Assembly (NCBI GenBank): GCA_030682495.1
Contig: JAUXOC010000057.1
Location: forward strand, 8,170-72,169
Direction of reading: 5' to 3'
Origin: Alphaproteobacteria bacterium
GTDB taxonomy: Bacteria; Pseudomonadota; Alphaproteobacteria; Micavibrionales; UBA2020
DNA length: 64,000 nucleotides
Shown here: positions 9,551 to 19,771 of the stretch, in pieces
How positions within the stretch are numbered: position 1 is the stretch's first letter
Layout: every line of letters starts with the position of its first letter
The notes under the pieces: generated by a model
Told to the model about the DNA's origin: nothing
The model's database searches: none
What the model saw: the letters and a program-made list of their open reading frames with translations, nothing else
Program-made: the position numbers and the translations under genes

Positions 9551-9621
9551 GTTTGTTTAAATTCCCCGCTTGCGGAAAAAGACTTTATGCTCTGTTATGC
9601 CTTATATTAGTCAACAGGCGG

Positions 9622-10713
9622 TTAATCGCCAAGACAAATACCGAGCAGCCGCGCCGTATGGACCAGCGCGCCCTTGGTATCCACGGCCTGATAGCTGGCA
9701 ATCGCCTCTTCAATAGACACGTCGATGACGCTGCGGTTCGACCAGGCCACCATTCTGTCAAATTTACCCTGTTCGACCAGATCCACGGCATGCACGCCAA
9801 AGGCCGCCGCAAGGACGCGGTCGGACGGAATAGGGGAAGAGCCGCGCTGTACGTGGCCGAGCACGGTGACGCGGGTTTCGCTGCCCGTTTTGGCGGCCAG
9901 TTTTTCACCCAGATAATGGCCGATACCGCCATAGCGTTTCTCACCGCCATGGTGTTCAACCTGCAGCGCATCACCACTCGCCGTCTTGACCGCTTCGGAC
10001 ACAACGACGAGGGCGAAGTTGCGCCCCTCTTCTTCGCGCACGCGCCTGATCTTGTCGGCAATTTTGTCGAGGCTATAGGGAATTTCCGGGATCAAAATCA
10101 CATCCGCACCACCGGCGATGCCGGTTGACAGCGCGATGTTGCCCGCATCGCGCCCCATCACTTCCAGCACCATCACGCGGTCGTGGCTGGCCGCCGTGGG
10201 CTGCAAACGATCCAGCGCTTCAGTTGCGACATAGAGCGCGGTATCAAAGCCAACCGAGCTTTCGGTATTGCCGACATCGTTGTCGATGGTTTTAGGAATG
10301 CAGACGAGATTAAATTTTTTGCCGTTGTCGGACAGTTTGCGCAAAATCGCCATGCTGCCATCGCCGCCGATACCGATCAGCGCCTCGATCCCCAGTTCAT
10401 GCAGGCCGGAGACGATTTCGTCGGAGCGGTCTTTCAGCGTGCCGTCAGGCATCGGAAACTGGAACGGGTTGCCCTTGTTGGTCGTACCCAAAATCGTACC
10501 GCCAAGACGCATCACGGTCGTATCGAACATCGCCTTGGTCAACATCTTGTAGCGCATCGGGCGGTCGATCAGCCCGGCAGTGCCATCTTCAAGGCCGATA
10601 ATTTCCCAGCCCTTTTCTGTTGCGGCATGTACCGCCGCGCGAATGGTCGCATTCAGACCCGCGCAATCGCCGCCGCTGGTCAGGATACCGATGCGTTTCT
10701 TTTTTGTAGACAT
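9622..10713 (-). CDS. pfkA: 6-phosphofructokinase
   Basis: ILTSGGDCAGLN; GGTILGT; IGGDGS; PKTIDND; EVMGR; LGHVQRG. Confidence 0.95.
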   Translation of the reverse strand: MSTKKKRIGILTSGGDCAGLNATIRAAVHAATEKGWEIIGLEDGTAGLIDRPMRYKMLTKAMFDTTVMRLGGTILGTTNKGNPFQFPMPDGTLKDRSDEIVSGLHELGIEALIGIGGDGSMAILRKLSDNGKKFNLVCIPKTIDNDVGNTESSVGFDTALYVATEALDRLQPTAASHDRVMVLEVMGRDAGNIALSTGIAGGADVILIPEIPYSLDKIADKIRRVREEEGRNFALVVVSEAVKTASGDALQVEHHGGEKRYGGIGHYLGEKLAAKTGSETRVTVLGHVQRGSSPIPSDRVLAAAFGVHAVDLVEQGKFDRMVAWSNRSVIDVSIEEAIASYQAVDTKGALVHTARLLGICLGD

Positions 10714-10908
10714 AATTCTCTCCCTCTGCCGTGCCGCCACTTATAAAAACCCGCCTGATGGCGGGTCTTGCCGTTGAACCAGGTGCCTAAAAGTGCCTCT
10801 GTCTGCGGTGAAATGCAATACACAAATAAAGCACTTAAAAAACCACGCTTTTCCTGATAAAATGTTTCACCAAAACCAAGGATACCCACAGAGGGGCGCA
10901 AAGCCACC

Positions 10909-11115
10909 ATGCTGCCTGAAGAACAAGACGAACTCGAGCGCATGCTCGAACAGCTGAAAACAGAGCACCGCGACCTCGACGTCGTGATCCAGCAGATGAC
11001 GGAAAGCGTACCTGTGGACTTTCTGCGCCTCCAGCGCCTCAAAAAACGCAAATTATTCCTCAAAGATTCGATCCTCAAAATCGAAAGCATGCTGGTGCCG
11101 GATATTATTGCTTAA
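10909..11115 (+). CDS. DUF465/YdcH-family small protein
   Basis: EHRDLD..I..LQRLKKRKLFLKD..I..IES.LVPDIIA. Confidence 0.88.
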   Translation: MLPEEQDELERMLEQLKTEHRDLDVVIQQMTESVPVDFLRLQRLKKRKLFLKDSILKIESMLVPDIIA

Positions 11116-11144
11116 TTCTGGAAACGCCCATCCCCCGACGCCGT

Positions 11145-11813
11145 CTACGCGGCACTAAACAAATCACGTACAAGCGGCACGGTCACTTTACGTTTCTCGG
11201 CAAGTGCCTTGCGGTCGATGGCCTCTACGATATCGCCCATTGCAGCAAAGGACCGCTCCAGCCGCGGCAGCAAAAACTCCACGACTTCTTGCGGTACAAA
11301 AATTTGCCGGTCTGAAAAGAGCTTGGTCAAAACCACTGCCATCAATTGGTCGTCGGGCGAGCCCACCGCAACAACAGGCGCGGCGAGCAGGCGTGATTCC
11401 AGATCGCGCAGCACAAAGCGCCATTGGCGCGGCGGCGTTTCGGCAGCGGCAAGGAGATGCCCGCCGCGTTCTTTTTGAATGTTATAGAGATGTAAAAGCG
11501 TTTCTTCACGCGCGGCATCACCGATAAAGCTTTCGATGTCGTCCAGCACCACGGCGTCCGGCAAGGCCTCCGGTGCTGCGGCATCATAGAGCGCCGCGCC
11601 GGTTTCGTTTTGCCAGACCTTCAGCAGATGCGTCTTGCCGCAGCCGCGCGGACCGTGAATGACCAAAAGCGGCGCGGGCCAGTCCGGATATTTATCCAGC
11701 CAGGCCACGGCATCCTGATTGGATTGCGACACCCAGAAATCGTCGCGCGCAAAAGCCGTGCGGTGGCCGAGGTCGAACGGAAGTTGCTGCGGTTTTTTTT
11801 GTTCGGGCGTCAT
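11145..11813 (-). CDS. hdaA: DnaA regulatory inactivator HdaA
   Basis: Clamp-binding QLPFDL; Walker A GPRGCGKTHL; DLESRL; RLERSF. Confidence 0.9.
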   Translation of the reverse strand: MTPEQKKPQQLPFDLGHRTAFARDDFWVSQSNQDAVAWLDKYPDWPAPLLVIHGPRGCGKTHLLKVWQNETGAALYDAAAPEALPDAVVLDDIESFIGDAAREETLLHLYNIQKERGGHLLAAAETPPRQWRFVLRDLESRLLAAPVVAVGSPDDQLMAVVLTKLFSDRQIFVPQEVVEFLLPRLERSFAAMGDIVEAIDRKALAEKRKVTVPLVRDLFSAA

Positions 11814-11821
11814 CTCTCCGC

Positions 11822-12961
11822 TCAGCCTTTCGCGGCGATTTTGCGTTTTGGCGGCGCATCGTCATGGTAATAGCTGCTTTGCAGGTACTGCGCGATACCG
11901 AAGCGGATCAGCACCGCCGAAACCGCCGCGACCGGCACGGCGATCATCACACCTGTAAAGCCCAGCAGCGCGCCCCCCGCCATCAGCGCGAATAAAATCC
12001 ACAGGGCATGCAGGCCGATTTTATCGCCCACCAGCTTGGGCGTCAGGACATTGCCTTCCAGCAGCTGTCCGATACCGAAGATCGCCGCAATCAAAATAAG
12101 CTTCTGCGTATCACCATCAAACTGGAACCAGCAGACCAACATGCCCGTCGCAAACCCGACCAGCGTGCCGACATAGGGAATAAAAGACAGAATGCCCGCG
12201 GCAAAACCGATAAAGAATCCGAAATTCAAACCTGCGACAGACAGCGCAATCGCATAGATTAAACCCAGCACCAGGCAAACCATGGCCTGCCCCCGCACGA
12301 AGCCGCCGAGCGCGGAGTCCATCTGCCGCAAAAGGCCACGGATCGTCTCGGCATGGCGGCGCGGCAGCCAGTTATCAACCTTTCCGACCATCACCGGCCA
12401 ATCGCGCAGCATATAAAAAGACACCACCGGCGCAATCAGCAGGATCGACAGAATGTCAAAGAGCGCAACGCCGCCATCCCATATTTTTTTCAGCGCGCCC
12501 GTCGCCCATGACAGCGCCGCAGTGGCCACGCCGCCCGCCTGCTGCTGGATTTTTTCCGGCGGCGTCGACAGTATTTGCGTTTGCAGCTTTTCGATCCACG
12601 GCGCGCTCAATTCGCGCAGCTTGGCGATATAGGCAGGCACTGTTTCGGCAAAAGCGATAAACTGCCCCTGCAAAACCGGAAAGGTCAGCATCGCCGCCAG
12701 CACGAACAAGGCCGCAAAACAAAGCAGCACCACAGATGTCGCCAAGGCGCGCCCCATCCCCGCGTGCTCCAGCCGCCGCGTCACGGGGTCAAGGAAATAA
12801 GCCACCGCCATACCGATGATAAAGGGCAGCAAAACGCCCTTGAGCACCCAGAGGAGCAAGAAGGTTATCGCCAGCGCGCCGGCCCAAAACCATAAATGTC
12901 TTTGCAATACCGCAATCGTGGGGGGCGGGACATCGTTCTTGATCTTCACGTCAGTCGTCAT
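11822..12961 (-). CDS. AI-2E (PerM) family transporter
   Basis: Multi-TM; AYFLDP; FVRGQ; FIPYVG; QLLEGNVLTPKLVG..IGLH. Confidence 0.92.
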   Translation of the reverse strand: MTTDVKIKNDVPPPTIAVLQRHLWFWAGALAITFLLLWVLKGVLLPFIIGMAVAYFLDPVTRRLEHAGMGRALATSVVLLCFAALFVLAAMLTFPVLQGQFIAFAETVPAYIAKLRELSAPWIEKLQTQILSTPPEKIQQQAGGVATAALSWATGALKKIWDGGVALFDILSILLIAPVVSFYMLRDWPVMVGKVDNWLPRRHAETIRGLLRQMDSALGGFVRGQAMVCLVLGLIYAIALSVAGLNFGFFIGFAAGILSFIPYVGTLVGFATGMLVCWFQFDGDTQKLILIAAIFGIGQLLEGNVLTPKLVGDKIGLHALWILFALMAGGALLGFTGVMIAVPVAAVSAVLIRFGIAQYLQSSYYHDDAPPKRKIAAKG

Positions 12962-12993
12962 CGGAAAGTCTCTCCAGCTTGCGCGCCAAAAAA

Positions 12994-14505
12994 TCAGGGA
13001 TAAAGACGAAGATCGTAGACCGGCGTGCCGTAAGCCGTGGTGACTTCACGCGACGGCGTCATCACAATACCCTGCGCCGCCAGTGCATTTTGCAAGACCG
13101 GCACGCTGCCGTCATAACGCATGACAAAGCGCGCCGTATTGCGCGAGAGGGAGCGGATATCGATGCGCACCGGCGGTGACATCGCCGACAAACGGCGCTG
13201 CACATTCATCCAGGCATTGAAATCACTGAAGCTAAGCATCGCCTCAACCTCCTGCCCTGACAACGAACCATAGGCCGCAGCAGCAGGCGTGCCTGCATCC
13301 GCCATGCCGCTTTCATAGGGCTGTGCGCTGGTGACCAGCGACGGACGGCTCGCCACCTGTTGCGGCACGGGCTGTGCGCCGACAACACTGCGGCTGATAT
13401 TTTCGACCGCGCCGCCAGCAGTCGGCGCAGGGCGCTGCAAATAGGCCAGCACGTCATACATCGCCTGCTGCCATGCCGCGCTGTCGGGTTTGTCACCCGC
13501 ATAGGGCGTCAGGGCATGACGGCGGTTCAGCTTGCCGTTTTCGTAGAAATAAAGATCGATACTCATATGCGCACCGGATTTATTGGCAACAGCCAAGACA
13601 ACCTGCGCCACGCCATAGTTGGCGCGCAGCTTTTCCAGCGTACCGTAATCACCCGACCAGACCGCATTGGACGACCCCGCCGATATATCAGCAATATCAC
13701 CAAGGGGGATCACGATCTTGTTCAAAAACTGGCTGCTGATGCCCGACCCGCTGCCCGGCATGCGCTGCCATGTCTGGCGCCACGGGTTCGGATCTTCCCA
13801 CAATACCGTCTGGCCGCCCATGTTTTCGTAATAGGGCAACAGCAAGGCCGGCCCCGCCACACGCGGCGCGGTATTGGCAGGGGGTGTCGTGGCCATTGAC
13901 GGGCGCAATGTATCGCCCGATGCCGAATAGGGCACACCGGTCATGTCGTCTTGACCGCCGCCGATAACGAGCGTTTCCGTACCCGGCTGTACCGCTGCGT
14001 CACCCGACATTTGCCGCCATGTCGGTGTCACCGGCTGGCTGGCCACGTCACGGGGCGCGTAGGGAATGTTTATGTAATTGCGGACACTCTCGCGGAAACG
14101 AACGGTAAACTTGGCGACATAGCGCGTGGCGGAGAGCTGTTCCCCCACGATTTCAAAATCCTGTACCAGCGTGGCGATGGTTCTGTCGTCCGGCATTCTA
14201 AAATTTGCATAAGCACCCGGGGTCAGATGCCGCTGTGCCAGTTTACGAAAGGCCTGACTCCGTGCCTCGGCTATGGCCTGCTCCCGCGCCAGAACGGCGT
14301 TGTCTGCGGTGCGGTCAATCATCACGTCATCGACCACAAGGTTGGCATCCTCGCGCTGCACAGCGCCCGGTGTCGGCAGCGGTGTCAGCTGCGCGGGGGC
14401 GCCCTTTATCAGACGTTCCTGCGCCCCTGCCACTGGCGAAAAAGCCATGACAATCAATATTGTAGTAAAAAAAATGAAAGTTTTAGGCGATTTTGAGAGA
14501 AACAT
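12994..14505 (-). CDS. DUF2066-family exported protein
   Basis: Signal peptide; DRTADNAVLAREQA..A..AF..L; LVQDFEI; YVAKFTVRF; LWEDPNPWR; PLGDIAD; usual neighbour of AI-2E/hdaA. Confidence 0.75.
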   Translation of the reverse strand: MFLSKSPKTFIFFTTILIVMAFSPVAGAQERLIKGAPAQLTPLPTPGAVQREDANLVVDDVMIDRTADNAVLAREQAIAEARSQAFRKLAQRHLTPGAYANFRMPDDRTIATLVQDFEIVGEQLSATRYVAKFTVRFRESVRNYINIPYAPRDVASQPVTPTWRQMSGDAAVQPGTETLVIGGGQDDMTGVPYSASGDTLRPSMATTPPANTAPRVAGPALLLPYYENMGGQTVLWEDPNPWRQTWQRMPGSGSGISSQFLNKIVIPLGDIADISAGSSNAVWSGDYGTLEKLRANYGVAQVVLAVANKSGAHMSIDLYFYENGKLNRRHALTPYAGDKPDSAAWQQAMYDVLAYLQRPAPTAGGAVENISRSVVGAQPVPQQVASRPSLVTSAQPYESGMADAGTPAAAAYGSLSGQEVEAMLSFSDFNAWMNVQRRLSAMSPPVRIDIRSLSRNTARFVMRYDGSVPVLQNALAAQGIVMTPSREVTTAYGTPVYDLRLYP

Positions 14506-14907
14506 GGGGCTTCCGCAGTGAAAAGAAACAGGGGCGAATGACTGCTTCACCTTACCCCCCGATTGAAAAAAAATCCAGATATTCCATAGATTAAAACACA
14601 AAAAGATCAAGTGTTCACGCAACTGTATGTTGCTCCGGCCGCGCAAGCTGGCTATGCTGACGGGAGAGACAGCTTTGCATGAATATCAACAAGATATTAA
14701 TGATTTCATGCAAGGATAGGCTTTAGGACATGTTTCTGCTGCCCGACCTTGGGCGCACATGGCCAAACCGGCGACAACCGGTTTCTGACTTGAGGAAAAA
14801 TCTGAACTATCTCTACTTGCTCTTTCTTTTTTCTGTCTCATCCAACGGGGGGATTTTTGGGGAGACGCTGTCCTGATTTTCTGTGCCGCCACAGCACGAC
14901 CCGCTTT

Positions 14908-17900
14908 ATGGCGATGGTCGCATTGCTTTTTGCTGCCGGGATTTTTGCTGCCAGCCTGATTTTTGCCCTGCCCGCCGCTGCACAGCAAAAGCGGGCGCAG
15001 CCGGTGACTGTCGCTGTCAGCTCCCCGCCCGCACCGCAAGTCGCCGTTGGCCCCGCGCCAATCCCTGCGGCAATGAAGCCCATCTTTCTCTCCAGCAGCA
15101 CGTCCCTCTACGACGTGGTACAGCATATCCAACTGTTTGAAGGTCCGCGCGAACAGGTCTCCCTGAGCCAGATCATCCCCCAGTTCAGAAACGGTCAGGG
15201 CAAGCGTCAGGAAGAAGGCCCCATCCTTATCGGCCAGTCCGGCAATGCCTATTGGCTGGTCTTCAGTGTCTATAACCGCAGCCAGAGCCGCAGCCTCTGG
15301 ATGCTCGACTTTGGCAGCCGGATGACCGGCAGCGCGGGGGCGGTCGACCGCATCGCCGTTTACAGCGACCTCAGCCCCGACCAGCCGTTGATGCGCGATG
15401 GACGCCTGACCGACAACAAACTTCACATCAGCGGCCAGAAACGCAACGCCCTGCCCGTCAGTTTTGAACCCGGACAAGGCCGCATCATCGGCATTTATAT
15501 AGAGCCCACGCGCGGCCTGCCGCTGAGCCTCGACATCAAAATGCGCGAGCAGGCAGAATTCGCCGCGGTTTTTGACAAGCGGGAGATGGAAGAGAACATC
15601 CTCTTCGTGGCCGCCCTTCTGGTCTTCGGCATGTATCTGATTTTCTGGAGCAACTATCGCCGCCAGATCCCGCTGCTGCTCGGCGGCTATGTGCTGGTGC
15701 ATTACACCATTTTTGCCGCCACCGACAGCATCGCGCCGTCGGGCAACAGCACCGAAATCCAGTATATAGATCTTCTTTATGCGGCGGCGGCTTTCCTCTC
15801 GCTCGCGCTGACCCGCCATGTTCTGGCCGTCGGTGAAAAGCGAGGCGGCCACAAAGTGCTCATCACCGCCATCGCAAAAGGGGCCGTGGTTTTGCTGGCG
15901 CTTGCCGCCATCGCCATCGGCCGCGGCTTTGGACTGACCGACATCCTGCTGCTGCGAGTGATACCTATGCTGGTCTGCGGCATTATTATCGCCCTTGGCA
16001 TCATGACCGTTTTGCGGAGCGAACGCCCGCAGTCCCTGCCCTATACGCTGAGCTGGGCTTTGTTGATGGCAGGGATTGTCATGGCAGAGATCGCGGGCTT
16101 TGGCGGCGGTGTCCCGGGCGGCGCCAATGTTTACTGGCTGTGTTTTGTCGCGCATCTCGCCTTGCTGTCTTTCTCTTCGCTGCGCTTCCTGATTGTTTCC
16201 GAAAGCTTCCAGCGGCGCGAGCGCGAGGAACAGCGCCGCAAACGCGAAGAAGAAAACGAAATCCGCAAGACCAAGGAATTGGCCGACCAGACCCGTCTGC
16301 TGGGCGTCATGCAGCGTGAAAAAGAGCTGATGGCCGATTTGCGCAACCGCGAAGCCGAACGTATTCAGGCGCTGCGCCATGCCAAAGAAGTCGCCGATAA
16401 TGCCAACAAGGCGAAATCGGACTTCCTTGCCGTCATGAGCCATGAAATCCGCACCCCCATGACCGGCATCATGGGGATGATCCGCCTGCTCCTCGATACC
16501 CGTCTTGACAAGCAGCAGGAAGAATACGCCCGCACCATTCAATACTCCGGCGATGCGCTGCTGACGCTGCTGAACGATATCCTCGACCTCTCCAAGGTCG
16601 AAGAAGGCAAGATGACCATCGAAAGCATCGATTTCGACCTGCACAAGCTGGTCGAATCCGTCGCGATGCTGATGTCGGGACGCGCGGAAGAAAAGAAAAT
16701 CGGCCTCAAGGTCGAAATCGACTCCGAAGCGCCGCAGATGCTGAAGGGAGATCCCACGCGCCTGCGCCAGATTTTCCTCAACCTTGTCGGCAACGCCATC
16801 AAGTTTACCGACGCCGGTTTTGTGACAATCTCGGTTCGCCTCTACGACAAGGAAGCGCAGCGCCCGCGCATCTACTTTGCCGTATCCGACACAGGTATCG
16901 GCATTTCCGACGATGCACAGAAAAAACTTTTCACGCCTTACGCGCAGGCAGATTCCAGCATTTCGCGCAATTTCGGCGGCACCGGTCTTGGCCTTGCCAT
17001 TTGCAAGCGGCTGGTCGAAGCCATGGGCGGCATGATACAAGTCGCCAGCAAAGCCGGACGCGGCACGACATTCTACTTTATTCTGTCGATGGATTACGGC
17101 GCCGAAGAAGCGCATCATCCGGCGGCCGGCAGCGCCGCGCAAAAACCCATTGTCCCCATGTCTGTGCTGGTCGTTGATGACAACATCATCAACCAGCGCG
17201 TGATTGCGGGGCTGCTGGAAAAAGACGGACACGAGATGGTCACGGTCAGCGGCGCAGAGGGTGCCTATGCGCTTTTAAAAGAACGCAGCTTTGACGTCAT
17301 CCTGATGGATATGGAGATGCCGGACATTGACGGCGTTTCGGCAACCGAAACAATCCGCCGCCTGCCCGACCCGAAAATCGCGAATATCCCGATCATCGCC
17401 ATGACGGCGAATACGCGCCCCGAAGACGTTGCGCGCTGCCGTGAAGCGGGCATGAATGATTTCGTCAGCAAACCCGTCAACCCCGACGAAATCCGCGGCA
17501 AGATCGCCCCGTTTGCCTCCAAGGATAAAAACGCTACTGCCGCCGCGCCGCCTGCCCCTGCGCAGACGCCGCCAGCAGAGCCGGTGAATGCGCCACCCGC
17601 CCCGACAACCGCACCGCAAGAAGAAGCCGCCACCGACGATGCCGCACTGGTCGAAGCCGCCGCCGCAAACGGTGAAATCACGCCGCCCGCCATCGAAGAT
17701 TACGACCCGAACGAAGCCTTTCCCGATCCGGATTCCTTGCCGCCCCATGATCCGAACGAGGCTTTCCCCGACCCGGATGCGGCGATGCCCGCCACCGCAG
17801 ATTACGATCCGAACGAAGCCTTTCCCGATCCGGATGGTGACGCCGAGCGTGCTGCAGCAGCAGCCGCGCAAACCCCGCTGCCCACCGCCCCTGCGCCCGC

Positions 17901-18270
17901 TGAAGCTGCCGCAGCGCCGGCGGGGCCGAAACTGTTTGACCCCGATATGCTGGGCAGCCTGAAGTCCAGCCTCGGCAAGGTGCAGATGGACGAGATGATG
18001 CAAGGCCTTTACGAGAAAACCGAAGAGCTGATCGCCGATGCCGAAAAGGCCGCCGCCGAAGGCGATATTGCCGGTCTGGGCAGCCGCGGCCATGATATCA
18101 AGGGCATGACAGCGAATTTCGGCATGACCGAAATCAGCGCCATCGCCGGCAGGCTGGAGCGGCAGGCCAAGGAAAATTTCCCGCTCGAAACGCTCGCCGA
18201 TATTGTCGCAAAACTGCGCCCCGTGTATCAGGATACACGCTTGCAGCTTGACGTTTTCATGCAGGAATAA
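14908..18270 (+). CDS. Hybrid sensor histidine kinase (7TM-DISM-like sensor, HisKA, HATPase, REC, HPt)
   Basis: Periplasmic domain plus about 7 TMs; [13 protein letters not shown]; [10 protein letters not shown]; DTGIG; GGTGLGL; [15 protein letters not shown]; HPt HDIKG. Start uncertain. Confidence 0.93.
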   Translation: MAMVALLFAAGIFAASLIFALPAAAQQKRAQPVTVAVSSPPAPQVAVGPAPIPAAMKPIFLSSSTSLYDVVQHIQLFEGPREQVSLSQIIPQFRNGQGKRQEEGPILIGQSGNAYWLVFSVYNRSQSRSLWMLDFGSRMTGSAGAVDRIAVYSDLSPDQPLMRDGRLTDNKLHISGQKRNALPVSFEPGQGRIIGIYIEPTRGLPLSLDIKMREQAEFAAVFDKREMEENILFVAALLVFGMYLIFWSNYRRQIPLLLGGYVLVHYTIFAATDSIAPSGNSTEIQYIDLLYAAAAFLSLALTRHVLAVGEKRGGHKVLITAIAKGAVVLLALAAIAIGRGFGLTDILLLRVIPMLVCGIIIALGIMTVLRSERPQSLPYTLSWALLMAGIVMAEIAGFGGGVPGGANVYWLCFVAHLALLSFSSLRFLIVSESFQRREREEQRRKREEENEIRKTKELADQTRLLGVMQREKELMADLRNREAERIQALRHAKEVADNANKAKSDFLAVMSHEIRTPMTGIMGMIRLLLDTRLDKQQEEYARTIQYSGDALLTLLNDILDLSKVEEGKMTIESIDFDLHKLVESVAMLMSGRAEEKKIGLKVEIDSEAPQMLKGDPTRLRQIFLNLVGNAIKFTDAGFVTISVRLYDKEAQRPRIYFAVSDTGIGISDDAQKKLFTPYAQADSSISRNFGGTGLGLAICKRLVEAMGGMIQVASKAGRGTTFYFILSMDYGAEEAHHPAAGSAAQKPIVPMSVLVVDDNIINQRVIAGLLEKDGHEMVTVSGAEGAYALLKERSFDVILMDMEMPDIDGVSATETIRRLPDPKIANIPIIAMTANTRPEDVARCREAGMNDFVSKPVNPDEIRGKIAPFASKDKNATAAAPPAPAQTPPAEPVNAPPAPTTAPQEEAATDDAALVEAAAANGEITPPAIEDYDPNEAFPDPDSLPPHDPNEAFPDPDAAMPATADYDPNEAFPDPDGDAERAAAAAAQTPLPTAPAPAEAAAAPAGPKLFDPDMLGSLKSSLGKVQMDEMMQGLYEKTEELIADAEKAAAEGDIAGLGSRGHDIKGMTANFGMTEISAIAGRLERQAKENFPLETLADIVAKLRPVYQDTRLQLDVFMQE
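17698..17835 (+). repeat. Three imperfect in-frame repeats encoding (Y/H)[10 protein letters not shown]
   Basis: Seen in both DNA and protein, in the REC-HPt linker. Confidence 0.9.
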
Positions 18271-18273
18271 AAA

Positions 18274-19029
18274 TCAGGGCTTGGCCTGAGAACTGCGCAG
18301 AGCAGCCCCCGCGATTGGCACCGGCGCGCAGGACGGGATAAATCCCAGCACCTCGCGAAAATCGCGCACCACTGCATCCGCACCGGCCAGACGCATGGAT
18401 TTCTCTTTTTCAACCGCCACCGCGCCGCTGCCAAAACGCGGATCGAGGTAAGCGATCACGAAGGCACCCGCCGCGCGTCCGGCGACGATGCCCGGCTCGG
18501 TATCTTCGATAACAATCGTATTCTGCGTCGATGATCCGTTCGCCCGCATGGCGTAAAGAAAGATGGCAGGATCGGGTTTTTTGCGCCCATCCACCAAATC
18601 AGGGCCGTAAAGGCGCGAGCCGAAATGATCGATCAACCCCTCTTTTTCGAGCCCGAGGCGCGAACGGCCCGTGGGATTGCTGGAGCCGATACTGAGAATA
18701 TCCCCCGCCGACGACAGCGCCTGCAAAACTTCCGGCACGCCCGGCACAACCGGCAGGCGTTCGCCGTAATAAATTTGCTGTTTAAGGTCTTCGTGCGCCA
18801 GCGTCAGGTCGGTAATTTCGGCAGGCGTGAAGCACATGCCCGCCGCATGGGCGATACCGGCGAATTTATCTTCGCAGCCAAGACCGGCAAACCGCTGGAA
18901 GACCTCCTCCGGCGACATGGCACAGCCGCGATCCGCCGCCAGCTCGGCGGTGATGCGCGATACCTCGAATTCGGTATCGAAAATCGTACCGTCGAGGTCG
19001 AAAATAATGTGCCGCTGTTTATGCTGCAT
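18274..19029 (-). CDS. HAD-family phosphatase
   Basis: IFDLDGTIFDT; GSSN; KKPDPAIF; IEDTEPG. Confidence 0.9.
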   Translation of the reverse strand: MQHKQRHIIFDLDGTIFDTEFEVSRITAELAADRGCAMSPEEVFQRFAGLGCEDKFAGIAHAAGMCFTPAEITDLTLAHEDLKQQIYYGERLPVVPGVPEVLQALSSAGDILSIGSSNPTGRSRLGLEKEGLIDHFGSRLYGPDLVDGRKKPDPAIFLYAMRANGSSTQNTIVIEDTEPGIVAGRAAGAFVIAYLDPRFGSGAVAVEKEKSMRLAGADAVVRDFREVLGFIPSCAPVPIAGAALRSSQAKP

Positions 19030-19134
19030 AACAAGTATCCATGAAAGAGCTATTTCTTATTTTACCACGGACATAAAAGATGCGGGGGATTTAGCGCCAA
19101 GGGCTTGTTTTTCAAGATATTGAACGCCCGCACG

Positions 19135-19170
19135 AAAAAACCCGCCGGCAAAGTGCACGGCGGGTTTTTT
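19135..19170 (-). terminator. Rho-independent terminator after ndk
   Basis: AAAAAACCCGCCG-N10-CGGCGGGTTTTTT. Confidence 0.85.
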
Positions 19171-19187
19171 GCGGGAATCTACGGCGA

Positions 19188-19610
19188 TTACCCGACGATT
19201 TCGGTTTCGCTGAAGAAGAAAGTGATTTCTTTTTTCGCGTTTTCGAGACTGTCGGAGCCATGCACCGAGTTCGCTTCGATCGATTCAGCGAATTCTTTGC
19301 GGATCGTACCGGCATCGGCGTTCGCCGGATTGGTCGCGCCCATGATGTCGCGGTTGGCGGCGACGGCGTTGTCACCTTCCAGAACTTGAACAACCACAGG
19401 GCCGGAGATCATGAAGCTGACCAGCTCGCCGTAGAACGGGCGCTCTTTGTGCACTTCATAGAATTTGCCGGCTTGCTCCGGTGTCAGGTGCAGGCGTTTT
19501 TGCGCAACGATGCGCAGGCCTTTTTCTTCGAATTTCGCGTTGATTTTGCCGGTCAGGTTGCGGCGCGTCGCATCCGGTTTGATGATCGACAGTGTGCGTT
19601 CCTTGGCCAT
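19188..19610 (-). CDS. ndk: Nucleoside-diphosphate kinase
   Basis: [11 protein letters not shown]; HKERPFY; GATNP; GTIR; NSVHGSDS. Confidence 0.98.
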   Translation of the reverse strand: MAKERTLSIIKPDATRRNLTGKINAKFEEKGLRIVAQKRLHLTPEQAGKFYEVHKERPFYGELVSFMISGPVVVQVLEGDNAVAANRDIMGATNPANADAGTIRKEFAESIEANSVHGSDSLENAKKEITFFFSETEIVG

Positions 19611-19771
19611 GTTATTTCCCTCTTGTTTTAATGGCGGGGCAGCCAGATGGCCGTCCCAGATGTGCGTCAGGCCGCAGAGCCCTTTGCCCGGCGGTCGCGT
19701 TTTCTATACGGTCTTTTTACAGATAAATCAAGCCCGTGCAAGCCTATTGAATTACAGGCAGTTAGAGACCT

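Noticed and set aside
14686-17232. 848-aa antisense ORF, and similar long shadow ORFs (4451-6037, 30273-32114, 32845-34587, 59302-60702)
   Set aside because: They lie opposite well-supported genes, show no motifs, and are expected from high-GC codon bias.
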